Made by a program: the position numbers and the translations under genes
Shown here: positions 18,479 to 27,480 of the stretch, piece by piece
Numbering within the stretch: the first letter of the stretch is position 1
Layout: the number at the start of each line of letters is the position of its first letter
Source: a virus
IMG/VR virus record: IMGVR_UViG_3300045988_119030
Span: 149,411 to 181,323 of that record
DNA: 31,913 nucleotides
Strand: one strand, 5' to 3'
The notes under the pieces: generated by a model
The model's database searches: none
The model's input: only the letters and a program-made list of their open reading frames with translations
Told to the model about the DNA's origin: nothing

Positions 18479-18763
18479 TTACCAACTACGACATACGAGT
18501 ATACTTACATAGTCAGTATCACAAAAGGCATTACGAAGCTCGGCATAAACACGATTCACATTAGCGAAAATTTCGCGCTCATCTTCATCAACAAGAGATA
18601 AATCTTCATCATTGTTGATGAAATAAACTTCGGTATAACTCCAATCACCAAGAATAACATCTAAAACATCATTTATATCATCCTCAGTCCAATCGGGGAA
18701 AGTGTCATGCAGCCATTCAATGAACTGATCATGACGCACAACAGGCTTAGAAATATAAGTCAT
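18479..18763 (-). CDS. Small acidic hypothetical protein (94 aa)
   Basis: Clean ORF. Confidence 0.6.
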   Translation of the reverse strand: MTYISKPVVRHDQFIEWLHDTFPDWTEDDINDVLDVILGDWSYTEVYFINNDEDLSLVDEDEREIFANVNRVYAELRNAFCDTDYVSILVCRSW

Positions 18764-18797
18764 ATAAAAAAAAATCCTTTCTTAACTTTCTATAAAT

Positions 18798-18826
18798 ATT
18801 ATATAATAATATTTATAAAAAATCAA
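18798..18826 (-). promoter_or_regulatory. Conserved promoter TTGATT-N17-TATAAT
   Basis: aatcaa at 18821-18826 and attata at 18798-18803. Confidence 0.5.
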
Positions 18827-18846
18827 AAAAAGGACTTTTAATTTAT

Positions 18847-19518
18847 TTAATTATTGAATAAATCAGTGTCAATGATGGCGAAATTCGCACGATGAATATA
18901 TACTGCCTTACCATCAATTGTCAACTGAGTAGTCTTAGGAAGATTCTTCGGAATATTCCAAGAGACATTATCACCAGTAAACATACAAATGGGGTCGCCC
19001 ATCTGAGACTGAATCACCACAATCTTATTGCCGGTATCCGCATTGTTCAAATCCTTAGACTTCCAATACCACCAAGAAAGATCCCAATACTCATCCCAAC
19101 TGCGGTCGGTAGGCGCGGAAATGCTAGCTCCATTGCCACTATTAGTCGAGGCTTCCGCAGGAATGTCTACATCATACTGAGTGAGACGGCTATCAGCAAA
19201 AATAATAGTAGAACCGCAACTCTCAATACTCTTACCATCAATATCGACGCTTATAACCGACGAAAGAGAATAATAACTAACCCAACTACCGTCAGTGTTA
19301 TAACCCCATTCCTTCACTTTGTTAGGCTTAATGTCAAAGGTCTCGCCTTCACATTGAAGCCACTGAGCGCCGTGGTTATCATAAAAGGTAGCGAGGAAAG
19401 AAAGCTTAACGTCGCCATCCTCCGGCTCGGCGGTAATTGTAGTTGTTTCTGGACTGTCGCACGCAGTCAACGAAAGGCAAAGGATAATCGCAATAATACC
19501 ACAAATAAATCTCTTCAT
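18847..19518 (-). CDS. Lipoprotein (223 aa) with a signal peptide and lipobox LTAC
   Basis: MKRFICGIIAIILCLSLTAC then a Thr/Glu-rich linker. RBS AAAGGAG. Confidence 0.7.
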   Translation of the reverse strand: MKRFICGIIAIILCLSLTACDSPETTTITAEPEDGDVKLSFLATFYDNHGAQWLQCEGETFDIKPNKVKEWGYNTDGSWVSYYSLSSVISVDIDGKSIESCGSTIIFADSRLTQYDVDIPAEASTNSGNGASISAPTDRSWDEYWDLSWWYWKSKDLNNADTGNKIVVIQSQMGDPICMFTGDNVSWNIPKNLPKTTQLTIDGKAVYIHRANFAIIDTDLFNN

Positions 19519-19521
19519 AAT

Positions 19522-19698
19522 TTAATGCTCCTTTGGATTATTTTCCATATAATTTTTGATACGTTCACCATCAAACCGAGAAGGACATTTGAGACAAATA
19601 TAAGTATTATAACTACTGCACCAATGCTTCTCAGTTCCATCAGGATTGATGGTAGGATTCAAAGTGTCATACGCACAATAAATAGGTTCCATTTCCAT
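19522..19698 (-). CDS. Small 4-Cys protein (58 aa), translationally coupled by a TAATG overlap
   Basis: MEMEPIYCAYD...HWCSS...CLKCPS. Below the track's size cut-off. Confidence 0.4.
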   Translation of the reverse strand: MEMEPIYCAYDTLNPTINPDGTEKHWCSSYNTYICLKCPSRFDGERIKNYMENNPKEH

Positions 19699-20417
19699 TA
19701 TTTTACCTCACTACATCTTGTTAACGTGTTAATCTTTACATTCTTACGAACATCTTGCGATTTCACGGTTCCGCGAATATGATAAGTATTTCCAACAGTC
19801 CAATCACTCTTGGAAGAAGTGATCCACATAAACTGATTACCATCGGCATCGCTCATAGAATAAGCAATGGTATGACCATATTTGCTTTCAAGAGCGTGCT
19901 TATCATCAATTTTCACGGTAATGTCAATGCGGTCGCCAATATTGCCGATCCACTGAGCTAAACTCTCGTCATACACAAGGGCATCAACCGCGTGCTTTAC
20001 CACTTCTTCACGATAAAGCTCACCATCCGCTCCGCCAACCTTATCCCAATCAAGACGAATCGGTTCAACATCTGCGGGAAGCGCAGGAATCTCATCACAT
20101 GAGCGGAAATACCAACCCCACAACCGCGTATAGCGTGCGGAACTCATCTTAAACCAATCATTCTCTTCATCACAATTACCTTTGAAAATCGTGATATAGC
20201 CCGCATCGCCAAACCCAAGAACTTGACGATGCGGAGCCATCTTAGTTGCTACCTCTTGGGATTTTTCAGGGTAAAGCTTAGCATACTCCGCGTCTTCATA
20301 CCACCGGACTTGTCTCACATTAAGAGTTCGGGGATGCTGAACCTGAATATACTTTTTACCACCGGAAATATAAACATCACCGATTACTTTATATGACTGA
20401 AAACTCGGAGCTACCAT
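19698..20417 (-). CDS. Hypothetical protein (239 aa)
   Basis: Clean ORF. Confidence 0.7.
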   Translation of the reverse strand: MVAPSFQSYKVIGDVYISGGKKYIQVQHPRTLNVRQVRWYEDAEYAKLYPEKSQEVATKMAPHRQVLGFGDAGYITIFKGNCDEENDWFKMSSARYTRLWGWYFRSCDEIPALPADVEPIRLDWDKVGGADGELYREEVVKHAVDALVYDESLAQWIGNIGDRIDITVKIDDKHALESKYGHTIAYSMSDADGNQFMWITSSKSDWTVGNTYHIRGTVKSQDVRKNVKINTLTRCSEVK

Positions 20418-20420
20418 GCT

Positions 20421-20708
20421 TTACACCTCCCACATACTAACTATGCTAAAATGTTTTTCATCCTCTAAAATATAAGCTTCAAGCGTTTCATATTTCTTAG
20501 AGTTATTATACTTATTATATAGCTCAAAAGAGCATTTCATACTATCAAAATAATCTTCAATGGATAAATCGTGATAAACACAAGACCAAAGAAAATCATC
20601 ATAAGTTCTTTCTTCATAAAAAGAAAGAAGCATTTCATATGCATCTGAAAGATCACTGCAAGCTAAAACGGGGCGAAATTCATCACATACTAAGTGGACT
20701 CTTTTCAT
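20421..20708 (-). CDS. Small hypothetical protein (95 aa)
   Basis: Clean ORF. Confidence 0.55.
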   Translation of the reverse strand: MKRVHLVCDEFRPVLACSDLSDAYEMLLSFYEERTYDDFLWSCVYHDLSIEDYFDSMKCSFELYNKYNNSKKYETLEAYILEDEKHFSIVSMWEV

Positions 20709-21019
20709 AGGATTGTCTGCTCCTCAATATAATATTCATGGCTCTTAAACTGAATTGCGAACCCTTCGGTTGTGATATAGGGAGACCGCATTGCTTGAAG
20801 CTTGCTATACCAATCTTTCAAACTGGCGACCTCAGTCCACCACTTTTCAGGTTTAATGGTAAGATAAGAGCTGGTGAATCGCACGGTATCACTAAGGAAT
20901 CGCTCATACATTGCTTCCTCTTGGAGAGAAAGAACTATCTCCTGAGCGTCATCAATAGTTTCTGTAAGAAGAACAATCTCCTCAGTCTCATTGTCCCTAA
21001 TAGCGTAAATCGTTTTCAT
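20705..21019 (-). CDS. Small acidic hypothetical protein (104 aa)
   Basis: Clean ORF, 4-nt overlap. Confidence 0.6.
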   Translation of the reverse strand: MKTIYAIRDNETEEIVLLTETIDDAQEIVLSLQEEAMYERFLSDTVRFTSSYLTIKPEKWWTEVASLKDWYSKLQAMRSPYITTEGFAIQFKSHEYYIEEQTIL

Positions 21020-21021
21020 AA

Positions 21022-21273
21022 TTAAAACTCCTTATACTTTTCATATTCTTCTTCTGAGACTTCCCAAACATTATACCCACATTCGGCAAGATAAGCGTCA
21101 TACTCATCATAAAAGTCTTCTTCGCTTTGCTGATCCCACCACTCCATAGCGTCATCTTCAACACAAGACTCCGCATATTGTTCCATTTCTTTTTCCGTGC
21201 CTTTAAAGAAATGGTCTATTGTTTCACCACAATAGCAGGTATATGTTTGAATATGATAAAATTTAACTTCCAT
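21022..21273 (-). CDS. Small highly acidic protein (83 aa, ~29% Asp+Glu). Candidate DNA mimic/anti-defence protein
   Basis: Composition read from the translation. Confidence 0.55.
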   Translation of the reverse strand: MEVKFYHIQTYTCYCGETIDHFFKGTEKEMEQYAESCVEDDAMEWWDQQSEEDFYDEYDAYLAECGYNVWEVSEEEYEKYKEF

Positions 21274-21274
21274 A

Positions 21275-21547
21275 TTAATTCTCCATTAAATAATCAAATT
21301 CATAACTACACAAATAGCCTTCCTCCATCCAAGAGACAAAGCAAGCACCACCTTCTTTATTGGGCCATTCAGCGCAAGAAAGAATCCATTGCTGAGATGT
21401 ACGCTTAGCCTGGAAGTATTCAATAATTTTATCAATTGCGCTCTTGTCGCAAGTCATTACATCATAACCGCCATGACCATACTCAACGCAAATATCCTCA
21501 ATGTCTTCTTTAATTTTAGAATAAGGAATATTAACAGTTCCAAGCAT
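21275..21547 (-). CDS. Small hypothetical protein (90 aa)
   Basis: Clean ORF. Confidence 0.6.
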   Translation of the reverse strand: MLGTVNIPYSKIKEDIEDICVEYGHGGYDVMTCDKSAIDKIIEYFQAKRTSQQWILSCAEWPNKEGGACFVSWMEEGYLCSYEFDYLMEN

Positions 21548-21590
21548 AAGCGTCTCTCCTTTTTTTATCTTCTCTTTAACTTTCTATATA

Positions 21591-21619
21591 TATTATATAT
21601 TATTTTTTATAAAAAATCA
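21591..21619 (-). promoter_or_regulatory. Conserved promoter TTGATT-N17-TATAAT
   Basis: aatcaa at 21614-21619 and attata at 21591-21596. Confidence 0.5.
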
Positions 21620-21803
21620 ATAAAACTCTTTTTTGGAGGTATCATACAATCAAGGATTCAGCGTATATAATATAGCCTATTCAAGTTTGTTAGCAGAACT
21701 ATCATACCTACTTATAATCTAACCTTATTGAATAGCATCCCTAAGCGGTATGGACTGAAACTTTATCCTATTGGGGAAGAGAATGCCCTTCCAGAGTTTT
21801 ATA

Positions 21804-22121
21804 TTAAGTATTGTGAATATCTACACAACAGTACTCGTTAATAAAGAGACTTCTACCGAGGTTCGCAAATTCGCAGTCAAGTTCACTAACGGAAAGTCCA
21901 GTGTTATCGCGGACGGGCCAAACTTCCCATTCAATGCCTTCCTCTACCTCTTCCAGGTCGTAATCTTCAAAGGCATGACTATAACCGTCGATTACATCAT
22001 AAGCCATTCCTTTGCCAATATCATCAGCTTCTGCGACACTATCAACCTCAAAAACACCGCCAGTATTGATGCCGTGGAGTCCGCAATAGACGCTTTCATA
22101 AGCATAAATCATTACAACCAT
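21804..22121 (-). CDS. Small acidic protein (105 aa)
   Basis: Protein-like composition. Chosen over the antisense plus-strand ORF 21771..22124. Confidence 0.55.
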   Translation of the reverse strand: MVVMIYAYESVYCGLHGINTGGVFEVDSVAEADDIGKGMAYDVIDGYSHAFEDYDLEEVEEGIEWEVWPVRDNTGLSVSELDCEFANLGRSLFINEYCCVDIHNT

Positions 22122-22378
22122 TAGATAGTCTCCTTATCAACTTCCATAATCTTTACATAGTAGTCGCCATAGCTGTGAACGAAAAACCCATCAAACGAAG
22201 GCTTTTTGCAATATGAGATAGACTTATTTTTTTCCCAACGCTCTTGCGCTTCCTTTTCTTTCTTTCGTCCTGCTTCAAAAGCCTTTTCCTCAGTAGAATA
22301 AAGGCTAAGCACCGCGGTATCATCACCGCCAAAACTATCATAATGATAACAAAGAGCATAAACAGTCATTAATGACAT
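22121..22378 (-). CDS. Small hypothetical protein (85 aa)
   Basis: Clean ORF. Confidence 0.55.
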   Translation of the reverse strand: MSLMTVYALCYHYDSFGGDDTAVLSLYSTEEKAFEAGRKKEKEAQERWEKNKSISYCKKPSFDGFFVHSYGDYYVKIMEVDKETI

Positions 22379-22653
22379 ACCTCCGTATAATAAGTTCCAA
22401 GAGAGCCATCTGCATTAATCCAAGAGACAATTAGCACATAAACCATTTCGATGCCGATTGTGTCGAAGACGCAGGGGATTTCAATGTTATACTCGCGGAT
22501 TCGACCCTCTCCCTTAGCCTTAGAGAAAAGAATCTCAACCGCATTAGCGATATGAACGCCGTCCTTAGAAACGAGCATTGCGTATTCATCATCTTCTGGA
22601 TCAGTATACTTTCTACCAATCAAATCCCAAAGCTCTACATACATAATTTTCAT
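22369..22653 (-). CDS. Small hypothetical protein (94 aa)
   Basis: Clean ORF. RBS AAAGGAAAT. Confidence 0.6.
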   Translation of the reverse strand: MKIMYVELWDLIGRKYTDPEDDEYAMLVSKDGVHIANAVEILFSKAKGEGRIREYNIEIPCVFDTIGIEMVYVLIVSWINADGSLGTYYTEVCH

Positions 22654-22706
22654 TTCCTTTCTTAACTTTATATATATATTATATTATATTTTTTTATAAA
22701 AATAAA

Positions 22707-22740
22707 ATAAGGACTTATGAATTAACATAAGTCCTTATTG
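22707..22740 (-). terminator. Hairpin AATAAGGACTTATG-AATTAA-CATAAGTCCTTATT after gene 22742..23332
   Basis: 14-bp perfect stem. Confidence 0.6.
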
Positions 22741-22741
22741 T

Positions 22742-23332
22742 TTAATGAACTGAATGAGCATCGCCCATGTAATAAATAGTTTCACCTACGTCTGTGATTT
22801 CACCACAAACGGTAATGTAAGAACCTTTCTTGGCATCCTTAATGAAATCGTAAACATCAGAGCCCTTGTCCATACTCCAATGGATATTATCTAAGAGAGT
22901 AAAATCGTCAGGATCAGATACAATGGTGAAGTATTTACCATCACTATCAACAGTGTCAAGATAACCTGATACCTGAATATACTTACCAGTATACTCTTCC
23001 TCAGCTTTGATAGGATAATCTTCTACCATATCAATCATCTTAGAAAGAGATTCGGATGAATATTCAGCGGTTTCCTGCTCATCGGTCTCTTCGCCTGAAT
23101 CAACCGAACTCTGAGACGAGGCTCCCGCACTTTCCACAATCGGAGTGCGGTATACAGTAGGTTCAGGATCGGGATTCCTAATGACATAATCAATCCCCGT
23201 AAAAATGATAAGCACAAGGAGAATATGGAACCAAGTCTTATCGTAGAAAGGAACCTTTACATTGCCTCCACAAAACGGACAAACTTTTGACTTATCAGAA
23301 ATGGGCTGACCGCAATGTTTACAAATAATCAT
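22742..23332 (-). CDS. Membrane protein with an N-terminal zinc ribbon (CKHCG...CPFCG), one TM helix, an acidic linker and a C-terminal beta-rich domain
   Basis: Motifs and hydrophobic segment seen in the translation. Confidence 0.65.
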   Translation of the reverse strand: MIICKHCGQPISDKSKVCPFCGGNVKVPFYDKTWFHILLVLIIFTGIDYVIRNPDPEPTVYRTPIVESAGASSQSSVDSGEETDEQETAEYSSESLSKMIDMVEDYPIKAEEEYTGKYIQVSGYLDTVDSDGKYFTIVSDPDDFTLLDNIHWSMDKGSDVYDFIKDAKKGSYITVCGEITDVGETIYYMGDAHSVH

Positions 23333-23343
23333 TTTTATTCTCC

Positions 23344-23748
23344 TTATTTCAGCTCAATAAATTCAAGCCGATCAACATATTCTCCGGCATAGATCTTCAA
23401 CCAAGGGTTCGCGCGATTAGATTTTGCGCTCGCAAGGGTTTCATTATACTCTTGGATGTCTTCATAAAGTTCGGTTGCGCCAAGGTTATTATCATTATCG
23501 GTATAATCCTGTTCAAGTCGCCATTCAAGAGCTTCTCGACGAGCCGTATATTTCTCGTAAAGAGAATCACTATATACATTTTCATTGATAACCACAATAG
23601 TAGAAAATACCATTACGATTCCAAAGATAACAGTGCCGATGAAGCCAACAATCGAACTAATACAACCAAGAGCAGAATATCTATTAGAACTCCAAACTAT
23701 GAGAGCGATAAAGCCTGCAAGCGCAAGAATAAAAACTACATAAAGCAT
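23344..23748 (-). CDS. Membrane protein (134 aa, two N-terminal TM segments)
   Basis: Hydrophobic N-terminus. Confidence 0.6.
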   Translation of the reverse strand: MLYVVFILALAGFIALIVWSSNRYSALGCISSIVGFIGTVIFGIVMVFSTIVVINENVYSDSLYEKYTARREALEWRLEQDYTDNDNNLGATELYEDIQEYNETLASAKSNRANPWLKIYAGEYVDRLEFIELK

Positions 23749-23761
23749 AACTATCTTCTCC

Positions 23762-23968
23762 TTAATGAATAAAATATTGAATTACTCCATACACTCCTGA
23801 TATGATTGGGAGCATAGAGATTATAAGTAGCAAACTTCCAGTAATGACACAAGTGTCAATTAAAAACGTATCTTCGGGAGCACTTGCGCCGTCAGCAAGC
23901 TTGAAGATACATAAGGCAAGCCTTGCTATAATTAATCCAAGAATAATTTCTACAATAAACTCTACCAT
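23762..23968 (-). CDS. Small two-TM membrane protein (68 aa), holin-like topology
   Basis: Strong RBS GGAGGAGG. Hydrophobic segments. Confidence 0.5.
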   Translation of the reverse strand: MVEFIVEIILGLIIARLALCIFKLADGASAPEDTFLIDTCVITGSLLLIISMLPIISGVYGVIQYFIH

Positions 23969-24044
23969 ATATCCTCCTCCTTAATCTAAGTCATCGAACA
24001 AAACGGATAAAATGCCAAGAGCGCAAAAACAAAGAATAATTACT

Positions 24045-24215
24045 TTAAGCATAAAAGACTGACTGAATGAAGCCGGCAAACAGGCAAAGCAACATACCCA
24101 TACCGCAGTAATAATACTTCTCATTGAGAGACATAGTATCATCATCCAGTAGATCCATATACATAAAGCCGAAAAATACTAATATAATAAATAGCATAAT
24201 AATCATTTCTCCCAT
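24045..24215 (-). CDS. Small membrane protein (~56 aa)
   Basis: Start ATG 24215 after RBS GAGGAGG. Overlaps the end of the phosphoesterase gene by 13 nt. Confidence 0.35.
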   Translation of the reverse strand: MGEMIIMLFIILVFFGFMYMDLLDDDTMSLNEKYYYCGMGMLLCLFAGFIQSVFYA

Positions 24216-24943
24216 ACCTTTTTACCTCCTCGCTTCTGCTTTCTCTTGGTCGCGGTGTCGATTGTTTTTCTGTGGACGCTCCCGATTTTCGCAGTCGGAC
24301 CATTTTTCATGAACTGATTCAAGTTCAAAGGGGCGGGACCAAACACATCCACACAAACATTCTTGTGATAGATGTCCGTCTCTTTATAATTGTGGTCGTG
24401 GCCATGAAGATTGAGAGCCCAGTCCTGCTTAATCGGTTCGTGAGAAAGCATAAGTTTCTCACCAATAAGGAGCGCACCATCATACACTTCGTCAAAAAGA
24501 CCGTTATCCGCGGAAACCTCCCAATATTCAAAGGGAGTGTGGAAATCAAATCCCGAATCAATAGAATATTTACAATCAGGATAAAGACGCTTCATTTCCA
24601 TGAGCGCTTCGTCCTTTTGGTAGTAATCCATAGAGAATTTCTTCTTGACGATTTTGCGCTTATAGTTTTCAGATCCCGCATCATGGTTGCCCTTGATGAG
24701 AACCTTATAACCGGCGCGCAGTTTCCGCACATAGGAGATATTGCCTACATCACCAAGATGAATTAATAGATCGCTTCGACCGCACTTAGAATTAATTATT
24801 TTAACAATTTCTTCGTCGGAAGGACGATTATGAATTCCCTGATGAAGATCTTCGTCTCCAAAATGAGTATCACTAATAACCCAACAAGTTTGTAGATTTT
24901 TCCATCTATCTAAAAAACTTTCATAGACACCAGGTAAATTCAT
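24203..24943 (-). CDS. Calcineurin-like metallophosphoesterase (phage Ser/Thr phosphatase-like, 246 aa) with a C-terminal Lys/Arg tail
   Basis: Motifs DTHFG, GDVGN, GNHD and HGHDH. Confidence 0.75.
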   Translation of the reverse strand: MNLPGVYESFLDRWKNLQTCWVISDTHFGDEDLHQGIHNRPSDEEIVKIINSKCGRSDLLIHLGDVGNISYVRKLRAGYKVLIKGNHDAGSENYKRKIVKKKFSMDYYQKDEALMEMKRLYPDCKYSIDSGFDFHTPFEYWEVSADNGLFDEVYDGALLIGEKLMLSHEPIKQDWALNLHGHDHNYKETDIYHKNVCVDVFGPAPLNLNQFMKNGPTAKIGSVHRKTIDTATKRKQKRGGKKVWEK

Positions 24944-24955
24944 AATTATTACTCC

Positions 24956-25885
24956 TTAACAAATTCTAAAAATTGTTGTATCCAATTTCAAATCATTAAT
25001 TGATAATTTATCTAAATGAAAATATGGGATTCTAATTAACGGGATGTTATTTTCTTTACACCATTGATTTTTAAAAGCATCATGTTCTTTTGTTTTTTCA
25101 AACTTTTCTAATGTATTCCAACCAGTTCCAGATTGATAATGCTATATTCCATCAAATTCAATTAAATAAGAATTATCAATATAAAAATCAAATTTAGCTT
25201 TATGGTTAGTATCCTAAAATTTACAATTTTCAAAAGTTTTTTCACAAATATACTAAATATTATGTTCTTTTAATAAAGAGATAATTTTTTCCTAACCTGC
25301 TGATTGTAAACAACCACAAGATTTACTTTGTCCTTTTCTTAAAGTAGTTCCTGATACAATTTTTTGATTGCCACAAGAGCATTGGCATAACCACATAGCA
25401 GTATTATGCTAATTAGATCCACTACGTTTTAACACTGTCCATCGACCAAAAGTTTGTCCTGTTAAATCAATTGTTGTAAGTTCACCGATCTTTTTATGAA
25501 TATAACAACCACATGAAATAACGGCGCCACTTACTAAACCATCTTTACGAATACTTTTAATAGTTCCACAATCACACTAACATTTCCAATAAGTATGCCC
25601 TTTTCCTTCTGTTCTATCATATCCTAAAACTGTTAGCATACCGAATTTTTTACCTGTTAAATCTTCTAACTGTTTTAAACGTTTCTAACATCCACACGAA
25701 GTTGTATGATTTGAAGTTAAATGAGAAGCAGAGACTACTGTCTTATTACCACATTCACATTGACATAACCAATACGATCCTTTTCTTGAATATTCAACTC
25801 GATATAAAACTGTTAATTTTCCAAAATGCTAATTAGTCAAATCTTTTGCTTGTCCTACTGGAATCTATTTATAAATTTTTTCCAT
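24956..25885 (-). CDS. DNA endonuclease-like protein: three N-terminal zinc-finger repeats (FG.LTVL...W.CQC.CG...SCGC) plus a C-terminal DUF559/Vsr-like PD-(D/E)xK domain (DFYID...IEFDGIQH). Nine in-frame TAG codons
   Basis: Region has no track ORF. Frame from ATG 25885 (RBS AAAAGGAG) to TAA 24956-24958 contains only TAG interruptions. TAG occupies positions that are CAA (Gln) in the sister repeats. Confidence 0.6.
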
Positions 25886-25979
25886 AAAATCACTCCTTTT
25901 CTATTATATGTATAAATAGAAAAGGATAAAATAATAAAATTTATCCGAAGTCGCCAACCCGATTATTCAACCGGCCTCC

Positions 25980-26255
25980 TTAAAATGCGTAAGCATTAAA
26001 TTTATACATATAGAACTCGCCATCCATAAGAAGAAGTTTATCAATCTCTTCTCGATGATCGATCTTCCACCAATCAGGAGCAGGAAAAGGAAGATCGTAA
26101 TACTCGATTCGCTGAGTTTCCATAATATCTTCTTCGATTGCACCTTCGAGGAAAGCAAGATATAACTCTTCCGCTTCTGCTTCTGAAATGTTGGCGAATG
26201 TCCAAGACTTACCAGTCATTTCATCTTCGATTTTATAACAAGTAATTTCTTTCAT
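25980..26255 (-). CDS. Small acidic protein (91 aa)
   Basis: Clean ORF. Confidence 0.55.
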   Translation of the reverse strand: MKEITCYKIEDEMTGKSWTFANISEAEAEELYLAFLEGAIEEDIMETQRIEYYDLPFPAPDWWKIDHREEIDKLLLMDGEFYMYKFNAYAF

Positions 26256-26266
26256 AGTTATTCTCC

Positions 26267-26587
26267 TTACATTTCAACCGCATCAACGAAATCAATGAAA
26301 ACATCATTGGCGACCTCGTTCATCATATCGAGGTAAGAAGAAAATCTCCTTGTCCACTCGCCGGTCATTTCGCCGTGGTAAAGATACCAATCATAATCAG
26401 AATCTTTCTGAATCATTTCGAACTGACGCTCCATAAGACTATCATCGACCATATCTCGACAATATTCCATAAACATTTCCTGCATATCGGCTTCGGACGC
26501 ATTCAGGAAATAGAAATTATGGTCTCCGGCCGTATCACAAAGAATACCAATAGAATGAGTTTTAATCTTAGAATTAGAAGTAGTCAT
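26267..26587 (-). CDS. Small acidic protein (106 aa)
   Basis: Clean ORF. Confidence 0.6.
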   Translation of the reverse strand: MTTSNSKIKTHSIGILCDTAGDHNFYFLNASEADMQEMFMEYCRDMVDDSLMERQFEMIQKDSDYDWYLYHGEMTGEWTRRFSSYLDMMNEVANDVFIDFVDAVEM

Positions 26588-26620
26588 AATTTTTATTTCC
26601 TTTCTTTACTTTATATATAT

Positions 26621-26649
26621 ATTATATATTATTTTTTTAAAAATGTCAA
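26621..26649 (-). promoter_or_regulatory. Conserved promoter TTGACA-N17-TATAAT
   Basis: tgtcaa at 26644-26649 and attata at 26621-26626. Confidence 0.55.
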
Positions 26650-26680
26650 AAAAGGATTTGCGGTTTGCGCAAATCCTTTT
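26648..26680 (-). terminator. Hairpin AAAGGATTTGCG-N5-CGCAAATCCTTTT after gene 26686..26901
   Basis: Stem plus U-tract. Confidence 0.65.
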
Positions 26681-26685
26681 AGAGA

Positions 26686-26901
26686 TCAGAGAACGGGAGC
26701 ATAATTATAATAAATAATCATGTCTTCCAGTGCATCTTTGTAAAGTTTTGTATCAAATTTACGACAATGGAATCGTTTCTCGACATTCTCTTCGATCGCG
26801 GACATAGCGATTTCGAGAGCGTCAGATTCACTTACGTTTGTAGCGCAGTAAATCTCATCACAAGGCGCGTCATAAACGAATACGACAGGCATATGATTCA
26901 T
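26686..26901 (-). CDS. Small hypothetical protein (71 aa)
   Basis: Clean ORF. Confidence 0.5.
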   Translation of the reverse strand: MNHMPVVFVYDAPCDEIYCATNVSESDALEIAMSAIEENVEKRFHCRKFDTKLYKDALEDMIIYYNYAPVL

Positions 26902-26959
26902 ATATTATTCCTCCATTAATTGATTTTACCCAAAATTTTTGTTATAATATATTTAGAAA

Positions 26960-27199
26960 TTAAAAGAGTTCAGTCGCATCAAAGAGATTTAAGAACTCTT
27001 CGGCAATCTCAGATGATACAAGTAAACTTGTTGATCCATTGAACCAATCAATGTAAATACGAGTAAGTGGACTACCACCGGCTTCCGCGATTTCATCAGC
27101 ATACTGTTTAGAATCAACGGGAGAGAAGCTAACTGCATTAATGTTATTTGTGTTAATAAGATATTTATAACCGCGGAAATTGCGAATAATTACATTCAT
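26960..27199 (-). CDS. Small hypothetical protein (79 aa)
   Basis: Clean ORF. Confidence 0.55.
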   Translation of the reverse strand: MNVIIRNFRGYKYLINTNNINAVSFSPVDSKQYADEIAEAGGSPLTRIYIDWFNGSTSLLVSSEIAEEFLNLFDATELF

Positions 27200-27480
27200 C
27201 TAAATGCCTCCTCAGAAACAAAATTTTTGAGTTGTCTTATAACTCTCATACCATCAGGATCTCTATCGGTAAAGGTGTATTCATAGCGAGATTTATCTTT
27301 TAGACAAAATTCAAGCTTTGTTCCAGAAGTCTCGGTGGAGATATCATCGTCATCTGAGTTATCCATAGTAATGCGGTTAGCCAAAACCACGACAATCTCA
27401 TTTATATTAAGGAAAACACGGTCGCCGTTAGACATTTTTAAATAAATCAATTCACCTTTATTCATTTTACTTCTCCACAA
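27196..27480 (-). CDS. Small hypothetical protein (94 aa)
   Basis: Clean ORF, 4-nt overlap. Confidence 0.55.
   Translation of the reverse strand: MWRSKMNKGELIYLKMSNGDRVFLNINEIVVVLANRITMDNSDDDDISTETSGTKLEFCLKDKSRYEYTFTDRDPDGMRVIRQLKNFVSEEAFR

Noticed and set aside
18892-19961. Plus-strand ORFs 18892..19782 (296 aa) and 19755..19961
   Set aside because: They are antisense to the lipoprotein gene and gene 19698..20417. The translations are Arg/Ile-rich and low-complexity, with no promoter in the plus orientation.
21771-22124. Plus-strand ORF 21771..22124 (117 aa)
   Set aside because: It is antisense to minus ORF 21804..22121. The minus product matches the acidic small-protein family and strand polarity of the block.
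2493-25885. Interpretation of TAG-interrupted genes as pseudogenes or assembly errors
   Set aside because: There are too many independent cases, all with TAG only and never TAA/TGA. TAG sits inside conserved motifs and at Gln positions of internal repeats. Every TAG-terminated ORF continues in frame. No other gene uses TAG as a terminator.
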